Shown one piece after another: positions 18,489 through 28,440 of a DNA stretch of 64,000 nucleotides (positions within the stretch are counted from its first letter, which is position 1; every line of letters begins with the position of its first letter). The notes beneath the pieces were generated by a model. That model saw only the letters and a program-made list of their open reading frames with translations. It was not told the origin of the DNA and made no database searches. A program made the position numbers and the translations under genes. The stretch is from a virus. Location: positions 1 through 64,000 of IMG/VR virus record IMGVR_UViG_3300012078_000128. The stretch is one strand, 5' to 3'.

Positions 18489-18774
18489 GTTATCTACTAT
18501 ACGTACAGTATTTGTATCAGAACAGATGATTAACCTATCTTCTGAAGAAATACAAAGAATCAACCAAATGATCAAGGATTTTGATAATGAAAAAGATCGA
18601 AAACAATAAATTAAATTAAATGAATTTAAAATTATTTTTGGGATGCTCTACAAATTTTTAATATATACGTTAGAATATATTAAAAACACTATATGTAGTA
18701 TTTACTGAATTTAAAACGTCCGTATATCGGTCTTATTTGAGTTACCAAAAACAAGAATTAATTTTTCGGGATGA

Positions 18775-18804
18775 TTGACTTATGGTGTGGGTATACTTTA
18801 TAAT
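18775..18804 (+). promoter_or_regulatory. Near-consensus sigma-A promoter ahead of the recombinase operon
   Basis: TTGACT (18775-18780), 18-nt spacer, TATAAT (18799-18804). Confidence 0.55.
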
Positions 18805-18850
18805 AGAGATAATAAATCACACGGAAACACTATAAGGAGAGAAACGACAA

Positions 18851-19045
18851 ATGGAAAAGGTAATTAGCTTGGCAGAAGTAAGGCTACAAAAGAAATATAG
18901 TAATTTTTATATGAATGATGAATTTGCGTACCAAATTATGAGTAGTTATCCAGAAGTAGAAGAAAAAGAAGATGAAAGGAAGGATGTTGCTAAAGAAATG
19001 CAGAAGAATTATATGAAAATGCTCACAAAAGCTACTGAAAGATAA
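18851..19045 (+). CDS. Hypothetical acidic protein
   Basis: ORF track. SD AAGGAGAG. Confidence 0.55.
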   Translation: MEKVISLAEVRLQKKYSNFYMNDEFAYQIMSSYPEVEEKEDERKDVAKEMQKNYMKMLTKATER

Positions 19046-19174
19046 TTATTATTTAAAATTACATAAGTTGATAACAAACCAAGTCTAAATGTTAATTCAT
19101 TTGTTAGGATGCATAAAGAGGAATTTACCCAAAATGAGCGACACACGAATTAGATAAAAAGGGGATGAAAAAGT

Positions 19175-20257
19175 ATGCAAACCAATTTTGCTGATTTTAA
19201 ACAAGCCAAAGATAAGCCTAAAAGACGGATGAATGATGGCTTCAATACAGAAGTTTACAATCAAATTATGCGGTTTCTAAGAGATCACGAAGAAGAAAGT
19301 AAGAACACAGCTAAGAACTACGAGAGACATATACGCACTTTCTTTATCCAGACTAAAAATAAGAAAATAGAGCATCTAAAAAAAGAAGACTTATTATTTG
19401 AAACCGAAGAGTTCGAGGATTACAAATATTATATGTTACATGATTTAGGATTGAGCACATCAAGTGTTAGTGTAGCTTTAGCAGCAATAAAAGGTTGTTA
19501 TAAACATTTGCATAATAGAAAGTCCGCCAAAGACGATAAAAAAAGGTTGATTGAAGATATTTCTTTTTTAGATATTAAGCATACAAAAGTAATCAATAAA
19601 TCTTGGGATGGCTTAACATCACAAGAAGTAAAAAAGGTAGCTACTTATATGGGTACTAAAAACAGAACAGGTAAAATCAAACGTGCATTTTTATTATTTT
19701 CATTAGATACGTGTATGCGTGAGGATGAATGTTTAAATGTAACATGGGACGATTTTATTATTAAAAATAATGAAGTAATTGTCAAAACAATTGCAAAAGG
19801 AAAAAAAGACATGCAAAGAAGAATCAGCAGGACGGTTTATAATATCTTATTAGAAATAAAACAAGAAAACGCAAACAAAGTATTTAATATAAGTAGCTCA
19901 ACAGTACAAAGAATGCTACCTGAAATCAGAAAATATCTTAATATTGACCCTAAACAACGCAGAATAGTATTTCATTCAATCCGTAAAGCTGGTGCACAGC
20001 ATATATGGAAAAAGACTAGAGACATTAATCAAGTAAGACGTATGTTAGGTCATGAATCAATAGCTACTACAGAGCTGTATATTGATAAGAATGAAAACTA
20101 TGGAGTATTTGGTGCAGTCTCAGACGAGTTCGAAACAGACGATCAGTTATTCGAAAAGGTATCACACAGAGAATTGTTAAATGCAATTAGAGAGATGAAC
20201 AACGACACAAAATTATTCATAAATCTAAAACTAAAGGAAAGAATGAATCGAAAATAA
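19175..20257 (+). CDS. Tyrosine recombinase/integrase-family protein (SPbeta YopP-like position and size)
   Basis: C-terminal HSIRKAGAQHIW...MLGHESIATTELY carries the H-x-x-R ... H ... Y catalytic residues. Confidence 0.8.
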   Translation: MQTNFADFKQAKDKPKRRMNDGFNTEVYNQIMRFLRDHEEESKNTAKNYERHIRTFFIQTKNKKIEHLKKEDLLFETEEFEDYKYYMLHDLGLSTSSVSVALAAIKGCYKHLHNRKSAKDDKKRLIEDISFLDIKHTKVINKSWDGLTSQEVKKVATYMGTKNRTGKIKRAFLLFSLDTCMREDECLNVTWDDFIIKNNEVIVKTIAKGKKDMQRRISRTVYNILLEIKQENANKVFNISSSTVQRMLPEIRKYLNIDPKQRRIVFHSIRKAGAQHIWKKTRDINQVRRMLGHESIATTELYIDKNENYGVFGAVSDEFETDDQLFEKVSHRELLNAIREMNNDTKLFINLKLKERMNRK

Positions 20258-20263
20258 AATAAT

Positions 20264-20292
20264 TTGCACATAGGCTATATAACTTGTATAGT
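20264..20292 (+). promoter_or_regulatory. Candidate promoter
   Basis: TTGCAC (20264-20269), 17-nt spacer, TATAGT (20287-20292). Confidence 0.4.
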
Positions 20293-20335
20293 AATAATAT
20301 ATTATGATTATGATTGTGAAGGGTGAGAGCAAACT

Positions 20336-21673
20336 ATGAAGCCTAATATGACTAGAGAAATGTTAGAACAAGAATTAATTCAGCCTACTCTAAAATTAAA
20401 ACGTAGGAGAAAAGTAACAGATTCCATAAAAAAACATTTGTTTTCTGAACATGCTCTATTAGAGGGAAACGTACAAAGTTTAATTGCTGACCCAAGAAAT
20501 GAATTACCAAAAGTAGATAATAGAATTTTATTTTTGTTCGCTGAACAAATTTATAAACAAACTCTTGAGGATAAAGTTAATCCAGATCACTATTACAATG
20601 AACATGAAGTGAAATTAGCACGTAAATACTCAGGAAATATTATAAAAAAAGATGAAGTGAGATTACCCTTAACTTTGAACAATTTTATTGAAGTTAACTT
20701 TAATGAATATGTAGGTAAAATCACAATTGAAGATTTAGCAAAACTTAGTTCATCATTGTTGAATTATAATTTTGATATTCAACGTGAAGCAGTAAAAGTT
20801 AAACGTGGTAATAATATTGAGTTAGAAGCTAAATTAGTACAAAAGAATGTAAGAGAGATTAAAAACAATCTTAAAGCAGGAACACAGAAAACTACACAAA
20901 TTGTTATTAATGCATCTGCAGGAACTTCCGACGATGGAGAAGAACTACTTTATAATCCAGAAACATTACAACTTACTATTAATGAAGGTACAATTCTTGA
21001 TATTGTGGATGGTTATCACCGAAGTAAGGCAGCAGAATTAGCACATAACGAAGATCCTTCTATTACTCGTGAATTTACTGTTCTTATGCTTAACTGTACA
21101 GATGATGAAGCTAAAAAATATCAAGGGCAGCTTGCAGAAGCAACACCTATTTCTAGAACACGCCAAAAACAACTATCAAGCAAACGTATGGCTGATGAAG
21201 TTGTTAGAAATATTATGGCACAATCCGATCTTAAGGGACATGTCTCAAGTGACGTGGTAAATCTAAGTAATGCTGAATATGTAACATATGAAATGTTAGC
21301 GCAAAATATTGAAAATTATTTTGATATTAAGTTAAATATGGATGTTCGTAAAGTGAGCGCATATCTTAAAGATTATTTTGATATGTTAGTTGGATCATAT
21401 CCAGACGCTTTCTTAAACAATCCTTCTGAAGTACGAAAAACATCTGTAATTAATGAGAATACAATGTTTGCAGGGTATGTAAAATTAGCTTCAAGAATGT
21501 ATAAGGATAGCATTGACGTAATGAAAGTTATTGATTACATGGAGAAAATTGATTTCAGTCGTCTTAATCCTTTGTGGAAAGAAATCGGGTACTTACAAGA
21601 AGACGGAAAGTTAGGAAACACTGATAGAGCAAAGAAACAGATTGTGGAATATTTTAATAATTTAGAACTATAA
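20336..21673 (+). CDS. ParB/Srx-fold protein with DGxHR motif (DndB/DGQHR-like; YopQ-like position)
   Basis: ILDIVDGYHRSKAAE matches the DGQHR-type ParB-like nuclease-fold signature. 445 aa. Confidence 0.55.
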   Translation: MKPNMTREMLEQELIQPTLKLKRRRKVTDSIKKHLFSEHALLEGNVQSLIADPRNELPKVDNRILFLFAEQIYKQTLEDKVNPDHYYNEHEVKLARKYSGNIIKKDEVRLPLTLNNFIEVNFNEYVGKITIEDLAKLSSSLLNYNFDIQREAVKVKRGNNIELEAKLVQKNVREIKNNLKAGTQKTTQIVINASAGTSDDGEELLYNPETLQLTINEGTILDIVDGYHRSKAAELAHNEDPSITREFTVLMLNCTDDEAKKYQGQLAEATPISRTRQKQLSSKRMADEVVRNIMAQSDLKGHVSSDVVNLSNAEYVTYEMLAQNIENYFDIKLNMDVRKVSAYLKDYFDMLVGSYPDAFLNNPSEVRKTSVINENTMFAGYVKLASRMYKDSIDVMKVIDYMEKIDFSRLNPLWKEIGYLQEDGKLGNTDRAKKQIVEYFNNLEL

Positions 21674-21716
21674 TAGTGTATAATATCACCAAATTAGAGA
21701 GAAGGGAATTCGAGAA

Positions 21717-22700
21717 ATGATGGCAACGGACACAATGTATTACAATCAAGATATAAAAGAAGCTTATATTGAAAACGAATTTGATAATGAAGATACAATA
21801 AAACTTCAAGAAACTCTTTTTAAGAAAACAAAGTCCACGGAAGAATTTTTCGGGAGAGATTTAGCTACTTTTACATTAGATGAAATTGCTATTGCCTTCA
21901 GAAACTTTAACCCTGCAACTATGAACAGCGCAAGTAATCTAAAAAGCAGAATCAAAAGTTATATTAGATGGGCAATAGAACACGGATATAGACAGAATAA
22001 TATGAATCCCTTAGATGGTGTAGTTGGTTGGGAAAGACAATTTGTAGATGAAGTTACAGAAAGACATTTATCATCAGAAAGAATAGCTAATATTCAAGAG
22101 GAATTACCTAATTTTCAAGATGTTGCCTTAATTCAATGTATTTTTGAAGGGGTTTCAGGAGTAGGCCTTTCAGAATTAATTAATATGAACTATTCTGACA
22201 TTAATTTTACGAAAAAAGAGATACACCTTAGAAATGATAAAGGTGAAGACAGAGTTGTCAAAGTCTCTAACGACTGTCTGAACTATTTAAATAGAGCTTA
22301 TAATGAAAGTAATTACGTTAATATTATCAGTGGATCAGAAACCTCATTGATTGAGTGTGGGGAACGCATTTTTAAAAATACTCGCTCTAAAAATACTCAA
22401 TACAAGGAAATATCTAAATTAACTTTACCTAAACGATTAGCTAGAATTAAAGATCTTTATGAATTAGATGAGTTTTCTACAAATTCTTTAACTGAATCAG
22501 GACAAATTAAAATGGCTGTTGATTTATACAAAGAAAATGGAAAACTAGATAAGGAAGAGTTCGAATTAATTTCAGATCAATTTAAAACTAGTAGAATAAA
22601 GTATGATGGATATGATTATGTAAACATTCATAAAATGCGTCATTATATTACTAGAGAGAACATTAAAGAGCTATATAACATAGACATAGAAACACTTTAG
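21717..22700 (+). CDS. Tyrosine-recombinase-like protein with degenerate active site (candidate MrpR/YopR-type repressor)
   Basis: Core-binding-like N-terminus (NLKSRIKSYIRWAIEHGY). The block FEGVSGVGLSELINMNYSDI aligns to the TG-L-R-x-S-E-L box, but the Arg is replaced. Size and position match SPbeta yopR. Confidence 0.5.
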   Translation: MMATDTMYYNQDIKEAYIENEFDNEDTIKLQETLFKKTKSTEEFFGRDLATFTLDEIAIAFRNFNPATMNSASNLKSRIKSYIRWAIEHGYRQNNMNPLDGVVGWERQFVDEVTERHLSSERIANIQEELPNFQDVALIQCIFEGVSGVGLSELINMNYSDINFTKKEIHLRNDKGEDRVVKVSNDCLNYLNRAYNESNYVNIISGSETSLIECGERIFKNTRSKNTQYKEISKLTLPKRLARIKDLYELDEFSTNSLTESGQIKMAVDLYKENGKLDKEEFELISDQFKTSRIKYDGYDYVNIHKMRHYITRENIKELYNIDIETL

Positions 22701-22707
22701 GGGAATA

Positions 22708-22729
22708 CCTTGCATTGGCATTTGCAAGG
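22708..22729 (+). terminator. Hairpin after the repressor-like gene
   Basis: CCTTGCA (22708-22714) pairs with TGCAAGG (22723-22729). Confidence 0.45.
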
Positions 22730-22926
22730 CTACATAAAGAAAGAAATTAATAAAAAATGTTAGAATTATGCAATTTGACTATTAATAATTTTTCAAAATT
22801 AATGGAATATAATATTTAAATTGGATAATTTTAAGTTTTATAGTTCAAATGTACTTGTCTTTTAATAGTAACAATGTTATATTATTAACAAACTACAAAC
22901 AAATGTTCGCATTTCGTTCGTAGCAA

Positions 22927-23187
22927 ATGATTAAAAAGGGGTACAAGTCTTTGAAAAATATAGAATTAGACATTAGAAAACTACCACTAGAAAAAGTTGA
23001 GAAGTATTATGGAGAGATTACACTTGGATTTTCAATGAAATCTAAAATGGAATTTTATGAGTTATGTCAGTTATTAAATGGACAAGGTATGCGAGCTGAA
23101 ATGAACTTTAAAATGCTTAATGGCGATAAACATGAAACTGAAGTACTTGAAATATATGATATTGAATGGGAAAAAGATGATGAATAA
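22927..23187 (+). CDS. Hypothetical protein
   Basis: ORF track. An alternative TTG start near 22957 follows AAAAGGGG. Confidence 0.45.
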   Translation: MIKKGYKSLKNIELDIRKLPLEKVEKYYGEITLGFSMKSKMEFYELCQLLNGQGMRAEMNFKMLNGDKHETEVLEIYDIEWEKDDE

Positions 23188-23477
23188 ACGGTTAGGAAGA
23201 TAAAATTGAATATGCAGCTTTACATACAAACACCTCAGAAGCCATTACAGAACTTATCTAATTATTCTACTTTTACTTCATCTGAGGTGTTTACTTTTAG
23301 AAACAAGAGATTATAGTTAATATAAAAATCTTATTTTTACGAGTCAAAAATAGTATGGATTAACTCCATAATTAAAAGGGGACAGTCGTATGATTGAAAA
23401 ATTGGTATAATTCTTGATTATCAAATATAATTACATTAATATAATAATTTTCTCAATAGATGTAAAGGAGTACCATA

Positions 23478-24071
23478 GTGAAATTAGAAGTAATGTTTAC
23501 TCAACTTGCAATAGCAATTATTCCTGCTACATTATCTTATTTCATAGCAGTTAATACAAACAAAAAAGACCTCAGATTATTAAAAGAACAAAGTGAAATT
23601 GAATTGAAAAAGATTAAACTAGAAGCACAGTTAGAATTAGAAAAAATGAATCGTCAAAAAGAGTTAGAAGTAAAAGAATTCAGAATAAATAAAGATCAAT
23701 CCGTTCTACAATCTATGTTTGATAAATATTCGATTAGCAAAATCAATCTTTTCATTAATAGTCTTGATAGAAATATTGGTATACCTACAGAAGAATTTGT
23801 AGTATTGAATGAATTTATCTCAAGTATAAGGCAACCACAGTATTTGTTGCATAATGAACATATAGAGTTATTAAAGCAAGAGTTTCTATCACATCTGAAT
23901 AGAATGATTGGCTATGGACAATTCCAATCAGAGGAGAAAATAACTACCATCTCTTCTTCAGAAAGAAATTCAATAGATTTCAAATCGAGATTAAGGGATT
24001 TGATGTATAGTTGGGAAGCTTTCATTAAAATAATCCGTACAAAATTACCAGAATTTGATCTGTTGGTTTAG
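23478..24071 (+). CDS. Membrane-anchored coiled-coil protein
   Basis: SD AAAGGAG. N-terminal TM FTQLAIAIIPATLSYFIAV, then a KE-rich coiled coil. Confidence 0.55.
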   Translation: MKLEVMFTQLAIAIIPATLSYFIAVNTNKKDLRLLKEQSEIELKKIKLEAQLELEKMNRQKELEVKEFRINKDQSVLQSMFDKYSISKINLFINSLDRNIGIPTEEFVVLNEFISSIRQPQYLLHNEHIELLKQEFLSHLNRMIGYGQFQSEEKITTISSSERNSIDFKSRLRDLMYSWEAFIKIIRTKLPEFDLLV

Positions 24072-24288
24072 GTTAATTGTGATATTTATAAAGGGGGATA
24101 GATAAGATTAAAGATATCAGCATGGCAATTGCTAAAGGGGCAGTAGGATCAGTACCGTTAATTGCAAACAAACACTGCAACAACGTCAAGCATTGGTGCG
24201 AAAGTAAGTAAGGAACTTAATGGAGTTTTATAGTAAAATAAAGGGCATATACACAGTATTTTCTTTAAAACGATTGGGAGGTTTTTTC

Positions 24289-25008
24289 ATGTGGATTGGA
24301 GAGAAACTAAATAAGTTAAGGAATGATATAGAAAACTCAGAAGGGAACAGAATACAGACAAAAATTAGAGTGTTTAAAATAAGCGAGTACACTTTTAAAA
24401 AGAATTACGATGAATTAAATCAAATATTGACCCGATTTTCTACGGATTGGAATTATGCCCTAGAGATTATGTCAACAGACAATCGTGATAAATTTATTGA
24501 GTTTGGGATGGAAGTGACAAGACTTCTTCATAATTATGTAGCTTCTGCTAAAGCTTTGGTAGATCATACAAGAAAATTCGTTCAAGATGAATATGAAGAT
24601 ACTGATTTTAAAACCGAATATGATGAAAAGATTGAGAATGAATTCGCAAATTCTCAAATTGCTGCATTTATACAAAATCTAAGAAATTTTTGTTTGCATC
24701 GAACTCTGCCCATAACTGGAGCATCAATGAATTTTGACCATGAAAAAGGAATGTCAAACACTGTTGAGTTATTAAAAGCAGATTTAATGCAGTGGAATAA
24801 CTGGAGAAGACTTGGTAACGAATTTTTAGATAGCAAGGATGATCGCTTCAGTTTACTGGAAGTTGTTGACGAGTATTTTAGGAAGGTAGAAGAATTTCAA
24901 GGTTGGTTCGAGATAAAGCAAAGAGAAGTGCACAAAAAGGAACTTGAAGAATTAGAAAAACTACAAGAGGAATGTAATAGCTTATTAGCGCAGTTAACTA
25001 ATAGATAA
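24289..25008 (+). CDS. HEPN-motif protein (Abi-like candidate RNase)
   Basis: The ATG at 24289 follows SD GGGAGG. R-N-x3-H motif (NLRNFCLHR, codons 24682-24699) in a helical context. Confidence 0.4.
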   Translation: MWIGEKLNKLRNDIENSEGNRIQTKIRVFKISEYTFKKNYDELNQILTRFSTDWNYALEIMSTDNRDKFIEFGMEVTRLLHNYVASAKALVDHTRKFVQDEYEDTDFKTEYDEKIENEFANSQIAAFIQNLRNFCLHRTLPITGASMNFDHEKGMSNTVELLKADLMQWNNWRRLGNEFLDSKDDRFSLLEVVDEYFRKVEEFQGWFEIKQREVHKKELEELEKLQEECNSLLAQLTNR

Positions 25009-25139
25009 TTAGATAAAATGTAATTCGAAGAAATTTTATAAGATAGGTTGGGGGCAATTGACATTGACTTGCTATTTAATGGTAATATTTAACAAATCAT
25101 TCATATTTGTTAAATCACTTTAATTAGGGAGGCTTAAAT

Positions 25140-25706
25140 ATGATTACAAAAGAAAAATTAGTAGACTTATACACCAACCAAAAATACACAGATGCAGATA
25201 TTGCAAAACAATATAATTTAGATAGAACTTCAATAGTTCGCCTTCGCCAGAAATTCGATATTCAACCTAATAATTCACTGCTAGAGCAGTCTCTAACAAC
25301 TGTAATCACCAAACTCGAATCTTTAGGGTATCACTGTTTGAATTTAAAATTAAAAGACAAAACTGCCAGTTGTGACTTACTTGTTAACAACAAAATTAAA
25401 GTAGAAGTGACTGCTGCATCCAATTTGAATGGTGATGGAACTTTCAAATTTTCTTTCACTTATCCAGAAAATAAAAATTATATAGAGTCAGACTTCAGAA
25501 TTCAATTACCGAATAAAAAATTCAAAAAACTATATCGCTTGACTTGTGACTATATAATCTGCATTGGAAATCACAACAGTGAAATCTTTTACTGGATAGT
25601 TCCTTCAAATGATTTACCCGATACTTTACAAACTTTATCTTTGACTCCATATGCAAAGAAAAGTAAATACAAGAAATATGAAAATGCGTGGAATTTATTG
25701 AAATAG
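25140..25706 (+). CDS. HTH protein with possible nuclease-like C-terminal domain
   Basis: SD GGGAGG. N-terminal DADIAKQYNLDRTSIVRLRQKF is an HTH. The C-terminus is unassigned. Confidence 0.5.
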   Translation: MITKEKLVDLYTNQKYTDADIAKQYNLDRTSIVRLRQKFDIQPNNSLLEQSLTTVITKLESLGYHCLNLKLKDKTASCDLLVNNKIKVEVTAASNLNGDGTFKFSFTYPENKNYIESDFRIQLPNKKFKKLYRLTCDYIICIGNHNSEIFYWIVPSNDLPDTLQTLSLTPYAKKSKYKKYENAWNLLK

Positions 25707-25906
25707 CTAGTTCATTAATATTGTAATTAATATTAAAGGGGGTTATTACACTGTTCATAAAAGGTGTAAGAGAAGATTATTCAAATAAATATAACAATGA
25801 AAAATATGAGGTTGGCAAAGAATATAAAGGATACACCTATTATTTTACAAATGAAAAATCTATAGGAAGAATTCCTGATGTATTTGATGGTAATGGAACA
25901 GACATC

Positions 25907-26149
25907 TTGAAAATTAGATTTTTGGAGATTGAGTCAATATCTTCACCTTCCAATGGTAGGCAAGGTGATTTCACTAGTAATCATATAAGAGTGTTAAGGG
26001 AAATTCCAATTGAAGAAGTTAAAGCTATATTTAAAGAACACTATAAGGTTGATCGGTTCGATTATGCAGAAAAAGAAGTACGAAAAAATAAGGAGCAAAA
26101 ACGCAAAAGCTTTTATCAGTCTTTAATTTCATTTTTCATACGTAAATAA
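25907..26149 (+). CDS. Hypothetical protein; the reading frame is open upstream to about 25750
   Basis: ORF track TTG start. The upstream in-frame sequence (LFIKGVREDYSNKY...) follows AAAGGGGG but has no canonical start. Confidence 0.3.
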   Translation: MKIRFLEIESISSPSNGRQGDFTSNHIRVLREIPIEEVKAIFKEHYKVDRFDYAEKEVRKNKEQKRKSFYQSLISFFIRK

Positions 26150-26266
26150 AGGTAACAATTCAATTAATGACGTGAACTTAAATGTTAATGTGTAAACATC
26201 ATCATACAGATTTCTTATATGATGATGAAAAACAACAAAAGGAAATAAATAATTTATAATAAATTA

Positions 26267-26304
26267 TTTACATTTCAATTCCAGAGTTCTAATATAGAAG
26301 AGTA
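26267..26304 (+). promoter_or_regulatory. Promoter, same class as 6990-7027
   Basis: TTTACA 26267-26272, TAATAT 26290-26295. The 20-mer at 26285-26304 is identical to 7008-7027. Confidence 0.5.
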
Positions 26305-26454
26305 AAGTTATTAAACATTATATAAAAGGATGTGGTTATGAAAGAGTATTCAGTGCATTAGACGTTCAATAGGGAGAGTAATACATAAGTATTAAGAAGC
26401 ACACAACGCAGTAAATTAAATAAAATATATTGAATAAAAAGGGAGAAATTATTT

Positions 26455-27408
26455 ATGACGACACAACAAATCAACAATACAACTTTAAGACAAGCAGAGA
26501 ATCGAGTAAGTTTAACTGGAGTATTACTTGAAAAAGAAATTAGAGAAAGTAAGCCCAACGCAGCTAAACCGTTTAAAACTGCACGTTTGACTATTGCTAC
26601 TGGAGATACAGAACAACATCAAATAGAAATGTTTGCTATGAAATATAAAAATGATGGCACAGAGAATGGCATGTATAAAGGCATTGAGACAATTGAGAAC
26701 GATTTTAAAAGTGTTGCTGAAGTAGGGGAAGAAAATGCTGACAAAGTGACTACAAATGCAGGTCGTATTCAATTAAACGATTATGTAGGTGGAGATGGAC
26801 AACTAAAATCCTTCCCTCAACTTTCTACTCCTTTTATCAATCGTGTAGAAACATCTGAGACTTATGAGCCTGAAGCAACTTTCTCAGTTGAATGTGTAGT
26901 TGATCGAGTGGTATCAGAAATGGATAAGGAAGGAAACGAAACAGGTAGAGTTAAACTTTTCACGTTCATTCCATTGTACGGTGGGCAAGTAATTCCATTT
27001 GAATTCCTAGTACACAAAGATGGCTCACCTTATGTAGAAGATAATTACACTAAAGGTGATACGGTATCAGTACACGGTCAAATTATCAATAAGAAGTTGA
27101 CTGTTGAATCAGAGAAAGAAATGGGATTCGGACAACCACAAAAAGTAATCAAATATGAAACAACTCGTGAATACTTGGTTCTAGGTGGAACTCCTGTTTA
27201 TGAAGAAGATAGCACCAATACATATAATACAGATGCTATTAGACAAGCCTTAACTGAACGTGAAGTCTATCTTGAAGGACTAAAGAAAAAGAAACAAGAT
27301 AGCGTTAATAATAAACCTACTGGTGGATTTGATGTAGGAAGTAAGCCAAAGGCAGCTAATCCATTTGGTGAATCAGATGTTGGAACAGAAATGGAACTTC
27401 CTTTTTAA
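26455..27408 (+). CDS. Single-stranded DNA-binding protein-like (OB fold, acidic C-terminal tip)
   Basis: N-terminal NRVSLTGVLLEKEIRE...ARLTIATGD is OB-strand-like. C-terminal ...ESDVGTEMELPF mimics the SSB D-I-P-F tip. Confidence 0.6.
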   Translation: MTTQQINNTTLRQAENRVSLTGVLLEKEIRESKPNAAKPFKTARLTIATGDTEQHQIEMFAMKYKNDGTENGMYKGIETIENDFKSVAEVGEENADKVTTNAGRIQLNDYVGGDGQLKSFPQLSTPFINRVETSETYEPEATFSVECVVDRVVSEMDKEGNETGRVKLFTFIPLYGGQVIPFEFLVHKDGSPYVEDNYTKGDTVSVHGQIINKKLTVESEKEMGFGQPQKVIKYETTREYLVLGGTPVYEEDSTNTYNTDAIRQALTEREVYLEGLKKKKQDSVNNKPTGGFDVGSKPKAANPFGESDVGTEMELPF

Positions 27409-27465
27409 TAGGTGATAAAAAGAAAATAAATATTAAAATTAATATTAAAAGGAGATATGTTTTTT

Positions 27466-28434
27466 ATGGCTATTGATTTATTAAATCTTCAACCAACTGT
27501 TGTTTCTAAGGATTTAAGAGGTAAAATTGTTACTTTTTATGGGGAGAAAAAAAGCGGGAAAACTTCTACTGCTGTTAATTTCCCTAAGCATCTGTTACTT
27601 GCGACAGAAAAGGGATACAATGCCCTAAACAATGTTATAGCTCAGCCAATTAATAAATGGTCAGACTTAAAGGCTGTTGTGAAACAACTATCAAAAGATG
27701 AGATTAAAGGTAAATTTCAAACTATTATTCTAGACACAGTTGATATCGCATGGGATTTGTGTGAGAAGTATATCTGTAATCGTGAAGGGGTAGATGAGAT
27801 TGGTAAAATCCCTTTCGGTCAGGGCTACAATTTCATAAAAAAGGAATTTGATGAGGTTTTAAGATCTATTCCTCTTATGGATTTAGGGCTTGTAATGATA
27901 TCACATGCGCAAGATAAGCAATTTACTGATGAGCAAGGGAATGCATACCAAAAAATCGTTACTACATTACCTAAAAATGCTGACAATATTGTTTCACGAA
28001 TGAGTGACATTATTGGATACAGTCGTAATGTAACTAATGAACAAGGTGTAAGTGAAGTTCGACTATTCATGAGAGGAACAACAAGATTCGAAGCAGGTTC
28101 CCGTTGGAAGTACACTCCTGAATCAATTCAATTCACTTATGATAACCTTGTAAAAGCAATTTCCGAAGCTATAGAGAAGCAGGAACAAGAAGATGGGGTA
28201 AAAGCTACGAATGTACATGTTAACGTATATAAAGAACAATCTACAGTAACTTACGAAGAAGTAAAGTCAGAAATTGATTCTATTATTCAAAAATTAGTCA
28301 AAGAACAAAATAACATCCCAAAAATTCAAAAGATCATTGAAACTCATCTAGGTAAAGATCGTAAGCTTCAAGATACAACTGATGAACAGTTAGACATGCT
28401 TACACTTATTTTAGATGATATTAAAGATATTTAG
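27466..28434 (+). CDS. AAA_24/Sak4-like RecA-fold ATPase (YorG-like)
   Basis: Walker A FYGEKKSGKTS, Walker B-like TIILDTVD. The ATG at 27466 is better spaced from GGAG than 27457. Confidence 0.65.
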   Translation: MAIDLLNLQPTVVSKDLRGKIVTFYGEKKSGKTSTAVNFPKHLLLATEKGYNALNNVIAQPINKWSDLKAVVKQLSKDEIKGKFQTIILDTVDIAWDLCEKYICNREGVDEIGKIPFGQGYNFIKKEFDEVLRSIPLMDLGLVMISHAQDKQFTDEQGNAYQKIVTTLPKNADNIVSRMSDIIGYSRNVTNEQGVSEVRLFMRGTTRFEAGSRWKYTPESIQFTYDNLVKAISEAIEKQEQEDGVKATNVHVNVYKEQSTVTYEEVKSEIDSIIQKLVKEQNNIPKIQKIIETHLGKDRKLQDTTDEQLDMLTLILDDIKDI

Positions 28435-28440
28435 AAATAA

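Noticed and set aside
22895-22925. Second LexA box at AAATGTTCGCATTTCGTTCG
   Set aside because: It contains GTTCG direct repeats but not the inverted GAAC-N4-GTTC arrangement required for a Cheo box.
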